NCBI GenBank assembly: GCA_038523235.1
Contig: JBCBJQ010000004.1
Location: forward strand, 32,001-96,000
From: Cyanobacteria bacterium J06626_4
GTDB lineage: Bacteria; Cyanobacteriota; Cyanobacteriia; Phormidesmidales; Phormidesmidaceae
Direction: 5' to 3'
Length of the DNA: 64,000 nucleotides
Shown: in pieces, positions 20,275 to 29,988 of the stretch
Numbering within the stretch: position 1 is the stretch's first letter
How the letters are laid out: each line of letters begins with the position of its first letter
Position numbers and translations under genes: made by a program
Notes under the pieces: generated by a model
The model's database searches: none
The model's input: only the letters and a program-made list of their open reading frames with translations
Told to the model about the DNA's origin: nothing

Positions 20275-21900
20275 ATGGTGTCGAGCTGGCGACAGGCGAT
20301 CGCGCTATGGCTGATAGTCTTAACCCTGGGGTTGGCGAGCTGCGGGGGCGATCGCGACGTGCCCATCGTGCTTTTAGAGGATGGCGAGACCGTTCAGGCC
20401 ACTAATCCTCTGGTGGGAGCCATCGCTGAGGTTTCCCCACCAGGGAGCATTCAGCAGCTCAAGCCCTACCTCGATGTTTATGAGCCGCAAGTTCGCATTA
20501 CTTCACCTCGTAACGGTGCCACGCTGCAAGAGACCAGCGTGGCAGTTGAGCTGCAGGTAAGAGATTTACCAATATATAGAGATCAAGATTTAGGCTTGGG
20601 GCCTCACCTGCATTTATTCCTCGATGATCAGCCTTATCAAGCGATTTATGATCCCGAGAGTTCGCTGACCTTGGCTGATTTAGCCCCAGGCACCCATACT
20701 CTGCGGGCATTTGCCGTTCGCCCCTGGAACGAAAGCTTTAAAAACGAGGGGGCTTACGATCAGGTGACCTTCGACGTGTTTGCTGCTTCTCCCCAAAACA
20801 ACCCAGATGACAGCCAGGCTTTGCTGACCTATGGCCAGCCCCAGAACAGCTATGGGGCAGAGCCGATCATGCTGGACTTTTACCTCACCAATGCGCCGCT
20901 GCACTGGGTGGCTGAAGCCGACGAATCGATGATTGATTGGCGCATTCGGTGTACGGTCAACGGCGAATCTTTTGTGTTCGATCGCTGGCAGTCGATTTAT
21001 TTAAAGGGCTTCAACCCTGGCAAAAACTGGGTCAAGCTGGAGCTGATTGATGAAAACGGCAGCCTGATCGACAACGCGCTGAACACAGGCATTCGCGTGA
21101 TCGACTACAATCCCGGCGGTGAAGACGCTCTGTCGCAGCTGATTCGGGGTGAGATTCCCTTGGCGCAAGCCAAAGTGCTGGTTGATCCCAACTATGTGCC
21201 CCCAGCACCCATGGTGAAAGAGCGCCCTGAGCCGCAGCCGGAAACACTACTGGAGCCAGAGTCTGACAATGCTCCTGAGCCTGAATCGATTGATCCAGTT
21301 ACGCCGTCAGACATCGCCGCCCCACCGACAGCGCCCGAGTCGGCCCCCAGCGACGCGATCGCCCCATCGGTTGAAGAGCCTGCACGAGAAGACGATCGCG
21401 CGCCGACGGTAGAGACGGGAGACGCCGATGAGGCTGATGATGCATTAAGTGCCCCGGCCCCGCTGGGCGATCGCGATGACCTTCTTGAAGCCGCACCATT
21501 TGCCGACCCAGACGATGCCGACCTCACGATCAAACCGGAAGAACTTGGCCCAGCGGCGGACTCCTCCGGTTTAGATAAGCGAGAAACTCTGATCGATGCG
21601 GCTGATTCGATAGAAGGGTCTGATCAGACGGCGTTAACGGACGACGAGATATCTGCTGAGTCGCCGAGTACCCCCTTAGAAGCTGACCCAGAGGTAACAA
21701 CTTCACCGTCAGGCTTGGCGGTGGACGATCTGACCGAAGATGCTCCCCGACTGAACTCACCAGATGCCAACTTGCCTGACGATTTGCCGAACGACCTCTC
21801 CTCAGAAACGGTCAGTCCCGATTTGCCCGATAACGTGCCCACCAAATACCCCCCAGAACCCGCACTAGAATCTTTAGAAGCAGAGGCTGACTTAGTTTAG
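20275..21900 (+). CDS. Putative lipoprotein: folded N-terminal region plus long acidic/Pro-rich disordered tail
   Basis: Lipobox LASC after a hydrophobic stretch; GPHLHLFLDD and PGTHTLRAF motifs; C-terminal ~230 aa rich in D/E/P/A/S. Confidence 0.8.
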   Translation: MVSSWRQAIALWLIVLTLGLASCGGDRDVPIVLLEDGETVQATNPLVGAIAEVSPPGSIQQLKPYLDVYEPQVRITSPRNGATLQETSVAVELQVRDLPIYRDQDLGLGPHLHLFLDDQPYQAIYDPESSLTLADLAPGTHTLRAFAVRPWNESFKNEGAYDQVTFDVFAASPQNNPDDSQALLTYGQPQNSYGAEPIMLDFYLTNAPLHWVAEADESMIDWRIRCTVNGESFVFDRWQSIYLKGFNPGKNWVKLELIDENGSLIDNALNTGIRVIDYNPGGEDALSQLIRGEIPLAQAKVLVDPNYVPPAPMVKERPEPQPETLLEPESDNAPEPESIDPVTPSDIAAPPTAPESAPSDAIAPSVEEPAREDDRAPTVETGDADEADDALSAPAPLGDRDDLLEAAPFADPDDADLTIKPEELGPAADSSGLDKRETLIDAADSIEGSDQTALTDDEISAESPSTPLEADPEVTTSPSGLAVDDLTEDAPRLNSPDANLPDDLPNDLSSETVSPDLPDNVPTKYPPEPALESLEAEADLV

Positions 21901-21985
21901 AATCCCGGCCCCTGAGCAGCGTTTCTACGCTTGGGAGTCTCTGGGTAGCAGCCGCAAATTCAGCACGTTTGTCTTGCCTAGATGC

Positions 21986-22034
21986 AACTCTGCATTCCGA
22001 ACTCTGCATTCCGCATTCCACATTCCGAACTCCG
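21986..22034 (+). repeat. Heptamer tandem repeat (STRR-like), 7 units
   Basis: AACTCTG CATTCCG AACTCTG CATTCCG CATTCCA CATTCCG AACTCCG. Confidence 0.85.
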
Positions 22035-22072
22035 CCACGGTAGCCTAGAAACGTTGAAAGTAAGGACGTTGA

Positions 22073-22870
22073 GTGACACAGCCAGAGGCTTTGCAGCAGC
22101 TGTTAGAGGCGATCGCCCAGGGACAGATCAGTCCCAAATCGGCGTTTGAGCAGCTGAAGTATTTAGAGTATGAGCCGGTCGAAGACTTTGCCAAAGTTGA
22201 CCATCATCGTTCGCTACGCACCGGCTTTCCCGAAGTGATTTGGGGACCAGGCAAAACGGTGGAGCAGATCGTGAGCATTATGCAGGCTATGCGCGATCGC
22301 ACCCCCGTCGTGATGGCTACCCGCATTGAACCGGAAGTTGCCCAGCAGATTCGCGCGGCTTTGCCGGCGGCGATGTATTTTGACCCCGCACGCATTTGTG
22401 CCCTGGTGCCGATGAACTTGCGCGCCCAACATGCCGGTCTAATTGGTGTTTTGACGGCGGGCACGGCAGATTTGCCCGTGGCCGAAGAGGCGGCAGTAAC
22501 GGCTGAGCTGTCAGGATTCCAAGTGTTGCGGCTGTGGGATGTGGGCGTCGCGGGCATCCATCGGCTGTTGCGGCATCGCGCTGTGGTCGATCAGGCCGAT
22601 GTGTTGATTGTGGTGGCGGGCATGGAAGGGGCGCTACCCAGTGTCGTGGCGGGCTTTTCGGACTGTCCGATTGTGGCGGTGCCCACTAGCGTAGGTTATG
22701 GGGCGAGCTTTGGCGGCGTATCGGCGTTGCTAACGATGTTGAACTCCTGCGCGACCGGTATCGGCGTCGTGAATATCGACAATGGGTTTGGGGCCGCGAT
22801 GCTGGCGGGGCAAATTTTGCGGACGGCTAATCGCCTGCAAGAGCGAGGCGATCGCCCACAGCCCCTCTGA
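22073..22870 (+). CDS. larB: Nickel-pincer cofactor biosynthesis protein LarB / CpmA-like (PurE-related)
   Basis: DHHRSLRTGFPEVI, AGTADLPVAEEA, DVGVAGIHRL, AGMEGALPSV, PTSVGYG, VNIDNGFGA. Confidence 0.93.
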   Translation: MTQPEALQQLLEAIAQGQISPKSAFEQLKYLEYEPVEDFAKVDHHRSLRTGFPEVIWGPGKTVEQIVSIMQAMRDRTPVVMATRIEPEVAQQIRAALPAAMYFDPARICALVPMNLRAQHAGLIGVLTAGTADLPVAEEAAVTAELSGFQVLRLWDVGVAGIHRLLRHRAVVDQADVLIVVAGMEGALPSVVAGFSDCPIVAVPTSVGYGASFGGVSALLTMLNSCATGIGVVNIDNGFGAAMLAGQILRTANRLQERGDRPQPL

Positions 22871-22892
22871 AATGCTGGCTATCATGGTAAAA

Positions 22893-23063
22893 ATGGTCAC
22901 GTTTTTTCGGCTAGCCGGCGTGATTTATCTGATATGTGCGCGAGAACATCGACCACCGCACGTCCACGTCCACCCCAGTCCCGTGAAGCCTGAGTAGGAA
23001 CTGCGAAATTTTGTGGGCGACAGTTGTTCTATGCTTTTATTTGAAAGGGGACATTCAAGCTAA
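22893..23063 (+). pseudogene. Probable DUF4160-family (HicA-like TA component) gene relic
   Basis: MVTFFRLAGVIYLICAREHRPPHVHV matches the DUF4160 N-terminal pattern; in-frame TAG at 22995-22997, then degenerate sequence. Confidence 0.55.
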
Positions 23064-23079
23064 TTGAATGTCCCCTTTT
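23044..23079. terminator. Bidirectional hairpin/terminator between convergent genes
   Basis: AAAGGGGACATTCAA-GCTAA-TTGAATGTCCCCTTT, a perfect 15-bp inverted repeat. Confidence 0.85.
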
Positions 23080-23111
23080 GATTTGTTGAAAATTGAGTGA
23101 TTCAGCGAAGT

Positions 23112-23420
23112 CTACGACTCAACATCAATTGTTCTCACGTCGATGTTGTTGGGATCTTGGACATCGCTCTTAACAGGATTTCCTCGCTGATTCAAGTATC
23201 CCAAGAAAACCTGAGAAAGCTCAGCAACCAATAATGTTGCGATCGCGGCGTCGTCAATCCAACCAATAACCGGAATAAAGTCCGGTGCAATGTCGATGGG
23301 AGAAATCAAGTACACCAACGTTCCACCGATCAGCAGCCATCGGTATTTAGGATGACGCATTGTTTGCTTGTACCAGGTGTAAAAAGACTGAGCAAAATTT
23401 TCCATGCTGCTGATATCCAC
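23112..23420 (-). CDS. YkvA (DUF1232) family membrane protein
   Basis: YLISPIDIAPDFIPVIGWIDD signature; start could be 23405. Confidence 0.9.
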   Translation of the reverse strand: MDISSMENFAQSFYTWYKQTMRHPKYRWLLIGGTLVYLISPIDIAPDFIPVIGWIDDAAIATLLVAELSQVFLGYLNQRGNPVKSDVQDPNNIDVRTIDVES

Positions 23421-23970
23421 TGAGCTTCGGTCTCATTATCCTCAAAGTCATTGGTTAGCAACAGTGTAGAAAACTAGCCAAGTTGAGGGGGACAAGCCGT
23501 ATTGTTGGCCTTTCAAGCTCTAGATGCCCGAACTTGCCAGTAGGTCAGCTGCTTAGAATCCAAGAGCGACGCTTTGATGACACTACCCAAGGTTCCGATC
23601 AGCATTGCTCTTTATCAACCTCAGTGCCGCTCGCTAGACGAGCTAAGAACGGTGATGATGCAGCACTGCAACATTGAGGCTGCTTCCCAGGCAGAGGAAA
23701 GCTCAGACAATTTGCCATAAAGATTTACGTCCTATGGTGGATGGGCCAGAGTTCGTCACGTCCTATTATCAAGACGGCCTTAAATAGTTCTCTACAGTAA
23801 AATTTGGGTTTTACGGCGTTAGATAGTCATGTTGACTGTTCATGATCGCAATTTTTGGAAACGTTGATGAACGATGATTTAGGACGGATCTAGGGACAGA
23901 TTGCCTTGATGATTTCAAGTTGATCTGAGTCTGAGAGTAGGTTAGTAACAATATTTTTTGACAGGTTTTT

Positions 23971-24444
23971 ATGAGCGTTTATACTCCAACCGAAATCCAA
24001 TCGATTGTGTCAGCTCCTATGAACGTGGGCATGGCCGTTGCGACGGTTGATATGGGCATTATCTCAACTGCGATCGAAGCCGCTGCTATCACCAGCCAAA
24101 TTGCTGGAGCAGCTGAAAAATATCCTGATAACTCGGTTGTTCAGGCCGCTTTTTCACCTGAATCGCTCAGAAAGGCGGATATTCAAAAGCCTCAAGTTCA
24201 ACCCGAAGATGTCAAGTCAGGGGCTTTCGTGACTCAGGCTGTGACTCAGGCCAGTACGGTTGTTGAGATGCTGCAAGGGCGCGCGACGGAAGCCGAAATT
24301 GCGGAATATAAGCAGTTTGTTTATGACTGCGGCAATGCTGTGGCGAACGCTGCCGGCAGTGGCTTGTTTGGCACCGGGGCCAAAGTTAGTGAAGCTGAAG
24401 CAGCGACCTTGGAGAAGTTGAAATCAGCTCTTGGACTTGCTTAG
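23971..24444 (+). CDS. Hypothetical protein, possibly TerB-like fold
   Basis: C-terminal YKQFVY...VANAAGSGLFGTGAKVSEAEAATLEKLKSALG resembles TerB-like superfamily tails. Confidence 0.65.
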   Translation: MSVYTPTEIQSIVSAPMNVGMAVATVDMGIISTAIEAAAITSQIAGAAEKYPDNSVVQAAFSPESLRKADIQKPQVQPEDVKSGAFVTQAVTQASTVVEMLQGRATEAEIAEYKQFVYDCGNAVANAAGSGLFGTGAKVSEAEAATLEKLKSALGLA

Positions 24445-24661
24445 TCTAAACAACCTTGATGGCGATGTGATCAAGCCAAGCTCATCAGTCCACAGCGGAC
24501 GAGAATAAAGCTTGTCGAAATAAAAGGCTGTCCTCAAGCGGCGCTGTAAATTTGTATGAGTCAGCGATCGCTGACTTGCTGAAATCTCCCAAAGCTGGTG
24601 AAATCAGCCGATTGGCTTCCCCCTCGCACGTTTGTTTAACCTTGCAATAGAAGGCATCATC

Positions 24662-25285
24662 ATGCAGTTGGCTCGTTCTCTCAAACGCCTGGTTCCCCTC
24701 GTTCTCGTCCTTTGTATTACGCTCACCGCCTGCAGCTCAGCCCCCTCAAAGTACGATCAAGTTCAAGATGACACTACCGGCTCTACAGCCCCAGCAGCGG
24801 TAGACAAGACGGCGGCAAAAGGCGGTACGTTTAATCAATTTTTTCCGGAAGCGGAAGGCGACTATGCGGTAGTGCCTTCCCAAGAGAAGCAAGGCTTTGC
24901 AGAATACAAGCTCAAGCGCGATGGTGAAACTGTCGCCATGTTGAGCATCAACGACACTATCAGTTTGCCAGCTGCCGCCGCTAAGTATGAAAACGCCACG
25001 ACGATGGTTGCTGGCTTTCCCTCGGTTGTTCAAGGCAGTACCGCTACAGGTGTTTTGGTCAACGATCGCTATCAGGTGAAGGTGCTCTCTCGGGATGCGT
25101 CTTTTACCGAAGCGGATCGAGCCGCGTGGCTAGAGAAATTTGACCTGCAGGGGTTAGCCCAGTTAGAGGCCGACACTAAAGCCTTTCGTAAGGCTCAAAA
25201 AACGGCTGCGCCTGCGATCCGGATTACCCCAAAAACCTCTGAACCTGAGACGGCGCCGACGTTGGTGCCCCAGCCAGCGGGTTAG
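24662..25285 (+). CDS. Hypothetical lipoprotein
   Basis: Signal peptide II with lipobox LTAC; core GGTFNQFFP...QEKQGFAEYKL...RYQVKVLSR. Confidence 0.8.
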   Translation: MQLARSLKRLVPLVLVLCITLTACSSAPSKYDQVQDDTTGSTAPAAVDKTAAKGGTFNQFFPEAEGDYAVVPSQEKQGFAEYKLKRDGETVAMLSINDTISLPAAAAKYENATTMVAGFPSVVQGSTATGVLVNDRYQVKVLSRDASFTEADRAAWLEKFDLQGLAQLEADTKAFRKAQKTAAPAIRITPKTSEPETAPTLVPQPAG

Positions 25286-25325
25286 CGACAGTCGGTTGAG
25301 TCGTCATTATTTTTAGGAGCGCATT

Positions 25326-26210
25326 GTGAGCAAGAAAATTTACGAGAAAGTGGACAAGCTGCCTAAGGGCGGACTGACGGTCATGGCTCTCAACAGCCTG
25401 GATAAGTTTGTGCCGGGACAGTGGGAAAATCTGGTCGGGTTTGACCACACGATTAAGCAGGTGACCGGCGAGACCGATGAAGCGATGGTGCAGGCGATCG
25501 CTGAGCGGGCGATCGCCCTGTTTAACGATAAGTCGCAGGGCTACCAGCGCGCCCTGTGGATGTATGAATCGGTGGACTCAGCCTCGGGCTTGCTAGGCGC
25601 AGCGGCGATGGCCAACCGCATCGGTCAAGATACCTTTCTCGGATTTTTGAAGAATATCTCGCCCAAACCAGAAAAGGCGCAAACGGTTGATCTCGTCGTC
25701 AAGCTGGTTACAGAGGTGGTGGCGTTCTGTCATATCAATGGCATTCCGGGCGATAGCTTGGGCGACTTTTTGTCTGCCCTTGGTGACTATGGTGGCGAGT
25801 CATTAATGCGCATGGCGGCGCTGGTGTCTTTTGACGGAGTGATTCCGCTGGGGGCTGATTTCAGTGGCAAAGCGCTGAATCTGATTAAGGGCATGGGGCC
25901 TTCTGATTTGGACAACAATCCGACCTTCAAAGGCGTTAAGGAAGAGATTCCGGGCAGCAATGCGAAGGGCAAGTTGTCCTTTATGACCGAAAGCTTTGAA
26001 TCCACTCAGGGCTGGATGGACAAGTTCGTCCGCGATAAAGGGATCACCCAAAGCAATGTGGTCGATAACCTGTCAGGGTTTGTGGAAGGCTCGAAAAGCA
26101 AGCTGGACTATCTGGGAGCCTTCCTGGATGTGTCAGTGAAATACTATGAGCACACGGGAGTACAAACCCTGGCGCGTCGCCTGATTGAGCGATCGGTGGC
26201 AGAACTTTAA
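25326..26210 (+). CDS. Conserved-looking hypothetical protein
   Basis: 294-aa ORF with AGGAG RBS before the GTG start; mostly helical; co-oriented with the lipoprotein gene. Confidence 0.8.
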   Translation: MSKKIYEKVDKLPKGGLTVMALNSLDKFVPGQWENLVGFDHTIKQVTGETDEAMVQAIAERAIALFNDKSQGYQRALWMYESVDSASGLLGAAAMANRIGQDTFLGFLKNISPKPEKAQTVDLVVKLVTEVVAFCHINGIPGDSLGDFLSALGDYGGESLMRMAALVSFDGVIPLGADFSGKALNLIKGMGPSDLDNNPTFKGVKEEIPGSNAKGKLSFMTESFESTQGWMDKFVRDKGITQSNVVDNLSGFVEGSKSKLDYLGAFLDVSVKYYEHTGVQTLARRLIERSVAEL

Positions 26211-26708
26211 GCGTCAGCGTATCCTCCACCGATACCTGCAGCTGAATAGGAACTCTATTCATTCTGATCCCGCCGCTCGCATCGCGTCTTTGGAAGGTCA
26301 GGCTCAGGAACTGGCTCAGTTAGCGTCAGCGTCATCGGTTTGAAAGAACGATCCGGATGAGCGATCGCACAATTCAATGCGTGCTGTCAGAGTGCTCCTG
26401 ATCGTCATGGCAGCGGGGATCACCGCGATCGCCCCAACTAGGCCAATAGCGTTCTCTGATACAGCCTGATGAAACAACCCCTTATAATGTGAAACAACCA
26501 CTGGGGCGGAGAGGATGATCTTCTCTGCCCCAGTATCGTTTGAGTCTTTGTTGTCTAGACATCCTCTACTTTGTCCCTGTTCAGCTAAATTGCTGGACGA
26601 TGAGTGAGCTTTTGATCGTGCTAGCCGATGCAGTCAAGCGCCGCATGAGGAGTGTTGATCTACCCGCGAGAATGCAGGGCATCAGTTGTGAATTCAGGGT
26701 TACAAGAA

Positions 26709-27638
26709 ATGCGTACGGCATATTTATTAGTGTCTCATGGGAGTTCTGACCCGCGTCACCAGGCGGGCCTCAATCGTCTAGCCCAAGCGACACGACCGTA
26801 TCTCACTCATCCCCTCGCAACTGAGCTTCCGTCCGTGGCGGCAATTTTGCGTGGTCAGTCGGGCCTGCATTCAACTTGGCCGCAACCATCACCATCATGG
26901 CCGCTTGATCCGCTGGAGTCATCGTCTCTGCAGTTCACTGAATCCTCTCAAGATGCGCCGATGATTGGCGTCGCTACCTTAGAAGCTCATAAAGTGTCGC
27001 TGGCTCAGCAAATCGCTGTCTTTGCCCAAAACGTCTGGTCTCAAGGAATGCGGCAGGTGGTCATCGTGCCGCTGTTTTTGCTGGCAGGCATTCATGTTAA
27101 AGAAGATTTGCCGCAAGAAATTGCCGCTGCTGAAGCCCAGCTGCCTGCTCGTCTACGGCTTACTTGCGCGCCCTATCTGGGGGGAGCGGGCGATTTTAAG
27201 CACTATGTCAGCCAGCGGCTCGCTCGGGTAGAGGCTGACCAGTGTATTCTTTTAGCGCATGGCAGCCGTCGCCCCGCGGGTAACCGCGCCATTCAAAAGT
27301 TAGGCACGATGCTCAACACTGATGTGGCGTTTTGGTCGGTGCCGCCTGATCTCGAAACGCAAGTCGCTAATTCGATGCAGCGTGGCTCCCGACGCATCGC
27401 AATTGCGCCGTTTTTCCTCTTTCCGGGCAGCATTACTGATGTCATCACGCGCCGCACCGAAGCGCTAGCCGAAGCCTTTCCCAAGCTTTCTTTGCGATTG
27501 CTCAGTCCCTTGGGTACTAGTGCTGACTTGGGTAAAGTGGTCGCTGAACTCGCGTTGCACGCTGCTGTCGGCAGCCCAAAGAGCCGATGGCAGACGGGTT
27601 CGGCTCACTCGGTAGCCAAAAATACTATCACTGCTTAG
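26709..27638 (+). CDS. cbiX: Sirohydrochlorin chelatase (CbiX/SirB family, two domains)
   Basis: LLVSHGSSDP, VPLFLLAGIHVKEDLP and second-domain LAHGSRR; adjacent to cobA. Confidence 0.85.
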   Translation: MRTAYLLVSHGSSDPRHQAGLNRLAQATRPYLTHPLATELPSVAAILRGQSGLHSTWPQPSPSWPLDPLESSSLQFTESSQDAPMIGVATLEAHKVSLAQQIAVFAQNVWSQGMRQVVIVPLFLLAGIHVKEDLPQEIAAAEAQLPARLRLTCAPYLGGAGDFKHYVSQRLARVEADQCILLAHGSRRPAGNRAIQKLGTMLNTDVAFWSVPPDLETQVANSMQRGSRRIAIAPFFLFPGSITDVITRRTEALAEAFPKLSLRLLSPLGTSADLGKVVAELALHAAVGSPKSRWQTGSAHSVAKNTITA

Positions 27639-27721
27639 TATTCCTGCATACTTTCAGAGAGTTAGGTCATACTAATTTGACGACCTAGCATGCAGTCTGT
27701 TGGAAACGAAGGAGTGCTGGT

Positions 27722-28612
27722 GTGACAAACGCTGATGCACACAGTGAGGGCGATCGCCCCTTGGGTAAAGTTTATCTGGTCGGGGCGGGGCCAGGCGATC
27801 CGGGACTCTTTACCCTCAAAGGCAAAGCCTTGTTAGAAACCGCTGATGTGGTGGTTTATGATGCGCTGGTCAGCCCGCCAATTCTGGGCATGATCAACCC
27901 GCAGGCGCGGCTGCTACCCGCAGGCAAACGCCGGGGCTATCATTCCTTATCTCAACCAGAAATCACCCAGCTACTGCATGAGTTAGCTCAACAATATGCT
28001 GTTGTGGTGCGGCTTAAAGGCGGCGACCCCTTCGTATTCGGTCGGGGGGGTGAAGAAATGGCGGATCTCATTGAGGCGGGGGTAGACGTCGAAGTCGTAC
28101 CCGGTATCACGGCTGGTGTCGCGGTGCCAGCCTATGCGGGCATCCCGGTGACTCACCGCCGCCTGAGTTCTAGCGTTACCTTTGTGACTGGGCATGAGGC
28201 GGCGGGTAAATATCGTCCTGAGGTGGACTGGCGAGCGATCGCCCAAGGCTCAGAAACCATTGTCATTTATATGGGTGTGCATAACCTGCCTAACATCGTG
28301 AAGGCGCTGACCGATGCCGGGTTGAGCTGCGAAACCCCCGTGGCGCTGATTCGCTGGGGTACGCGACCTGAACAAGATGAGCTAATTGCCACCCTGGCGA
28401 CCATCGAAGCTGAGATGCAGGCGACTGGGTTTGCTGCCCCGGCCATTGCCGTCATTGGCGCCGTGGTTAACATGCGTCCCTTGCTAGCGGCTTGCCGTCC
28501 GGCAATTGCTGATATCAAGCGAGCTGCGGCGAGCGCCAACACCCCAATTTTGTCTAACCCGGCTACAACGATAGGCGATCCCCTTGCTAGGATGGATTCG
28601 GGTATAGTTTGA
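27722..28612 (+). CDS. cobA: Uroporphyrinogen-III C-methyltransferase
   Basis: VYLVGAGPGDPGL, VVRLKGGDPFVFGRGGEE, GIPVTHR. Confidence 0.96.
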   Translation: MTNADAHSEGDRPLGKVYLVGAGPGDPGLFTLKGKALLETADVVVYDALVSPPILGMINPQARLLPAGKRRGYHSLSQPEITQLLHELAQQYAVVVRLKGGDPFVFGRGGEEMADLIEAGVDVEVVPGITAGVAVPAYAGIPVTHRRLSSSVTFVTGHEAAGKYRPEVDWRAIAQGSETIVIYMGVHNLPNIVKALTDAGLSCETPVALIRWGTRPEQDELIATLATIEAEMQATGFAAPAIAVIGAVVNMRPLLAACRPAIADIKRAAASANTPILSNPATTIGDPLARMDSGIV

Positions 28613-28828
28613 GGCTTTGGGTCAACTAAGCTGGGGTGATCATCCTTAGCTGCGAGTTCAGCCAGGTTGTCTGTTTGGTCCATTGGGTGTGGCTTTACAG
28701 CCGCTTCTATGGGGCGCATAGGCCGGGAACAGGTAATGGCTTTTTATTTTAGGGGCAGCCTCTCAAGCCGACTCAAACGACTTTATTATCTAGATCTTTC
28801 AAAACGACATTCTTCAATTTCAGAATTT

Positions 28829-29395
28829 ATGGCTGCTACTATTCAGGTCGAAAAAACGAAGCTCAAGAATCCGCCGCTAGACATCCATACCCTAGGCGAT
28901 CGCGTCTTGCGCCAGCCTGCGAAGCGCGTCGCCAAAGTGGATAATGCGCTGCGAGAGTTGGCCTATGACATGCTCAAAACGATGTACAGCTCCGATGGTA
29001 TTGGGCTGGCCGCGCCTCAGGTGGCGGTGAATAAGCAGCTAATCGTTGTGGATACTGACCCCGAAAATGCGGCGGCTCCTCCCCTGATTTTGGTGAATCC
29101 CAAAGTGATTCGCACGAGTAAAGAGCAGTGCACTGACCAAGAGGGCTGTCTCAGCATTCCGGGCGTTTATCTGGATGTGGTGCGCCCGACGGCGATCGAA
29201 GTGAGCTTCAAAGACGAAAATGGTCGCCCCCAAAAGATACAGGCTGCTGATCTACTGGCTCGCTGCATTTTGCACGAAATGGATCACTTGACGGGCGTGA
29301 TGTTTGTGGACCGCGTCAATAATCAGTTGGCGCTAACTCAAGAGCTGCAGAAGAATGGCTTTTCGGCTCAAGACGTGAAGGCGATCACCGGTTAG
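28829..29395 (+). CDS. def: Peptide deformylase
   Basis: GIGLAAPQ, EGCLS and HEMDH motifs; start MAATIQVEK. Confidence 0.97.
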   Translation: MAATIQVEKTKLKNPPLDIHTLGDRVLRQPAKRVAKVDNALRELAYDMLKTMYSSDGIGLAAPQVAVNKQLIVVDTDPENAAAPPLILVNPKVIRTSKEQCTDQEGCLSIPGVYLDVVRPTAIEVSFKDENGRPQKIQAADLLARCILHEMDHLTGVMFVDRVNNQLALTQELQKNGFSAQDVKAITG

Positions 29396-29452
29396 CCCTT
29401 GCGCTGCGTCCTCAGTCTGCGTTAGATAAAAGACACTTTAATGTTGTGAGGG

Positions 29453-29659
29453 TTGAGTACTGTGTGGACGCCAAAGAGTGGCTTGCTGTTGTTGTGTTCT
29501 TGTCTTGCTGCCATTTCGGCAGTGGCGGCGATTTTTGAACTTGCCACCGGGCAGCCTGATTGGGGCACCGGGCCGACGAGTCTGCTGATTGGGGTCGCCG
29601 TCCCTTTGGTCGGAGTGTTCTTTTACGCGGCTGTGCGAGATGCCCGAGCCAATATGTAG
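29453..29659 (+). CDS. Small two-TM membrane protein
   Basis: 68 aa with two hydrophobic helices separated by ELATGQPDWG; directly downstream of def. Confidence 0.65.
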   Translation: MSTVWTPKSGLLLLCSCLAAISAVAAIFELATGQPDWGTGPTSLLIGVAVPLVGVFFYAAVRDARANM

Positions 29660-29828
29660 GGCCATTGGCGGCAACCGCACTTAGAAGATGGGCGATTGCC
29701 GTTGAATTAAGAGGAGCGATCGCTGAGCCAACATTGAGGCGGCCATTTTGGCCAATAATGAGCCAATATTGTCCCCTAAAGTTTAGGGCTATCCAATCGG
29801 ATCGCTGTCAGATACTATAAATAAGCAC

Positions 29829-29911
29829 GCGGATGTGGCGGAATTGGTAGACGCGCTAGATTTAGGTTCTAGTGTCCTCGCGACGTGAAGGTTCAAGTCC
29901 TTTCATCCGCA
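29829..29911 (+). tRNA. trnL: tRNA-Leu(UAG)
   Basis: GCGGATG...CATCCGC acceptor stem; anticodon arm CTAGA-TTTAGGT-TCTAG; long variable arm; GGTTCAAGTCC T-arm. Confidence 0.97.
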
Positions 29912-29938
29912 TTTTATGTTTGAAAACCCGTCGAATTG

Positions 29939-29967
29939 GTATTGAAAAGCAGTTCATTTTTCAATAC
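29939..29967. terminator. Hairpin between convergent tRNA-Leu and the MraY-family gene
   Basis: GTATTGAAAA-N9-TTTTCAATAC inverted repeat. Confidence 0.55.
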
Positions 29968-29988
29968 TCAGACTCTTCAGCTGACTGT

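Noticed and set aside
21986..22034. CRISPR array
   Set aside because: Contiguous 7-bp units with no spacers and no cas genes
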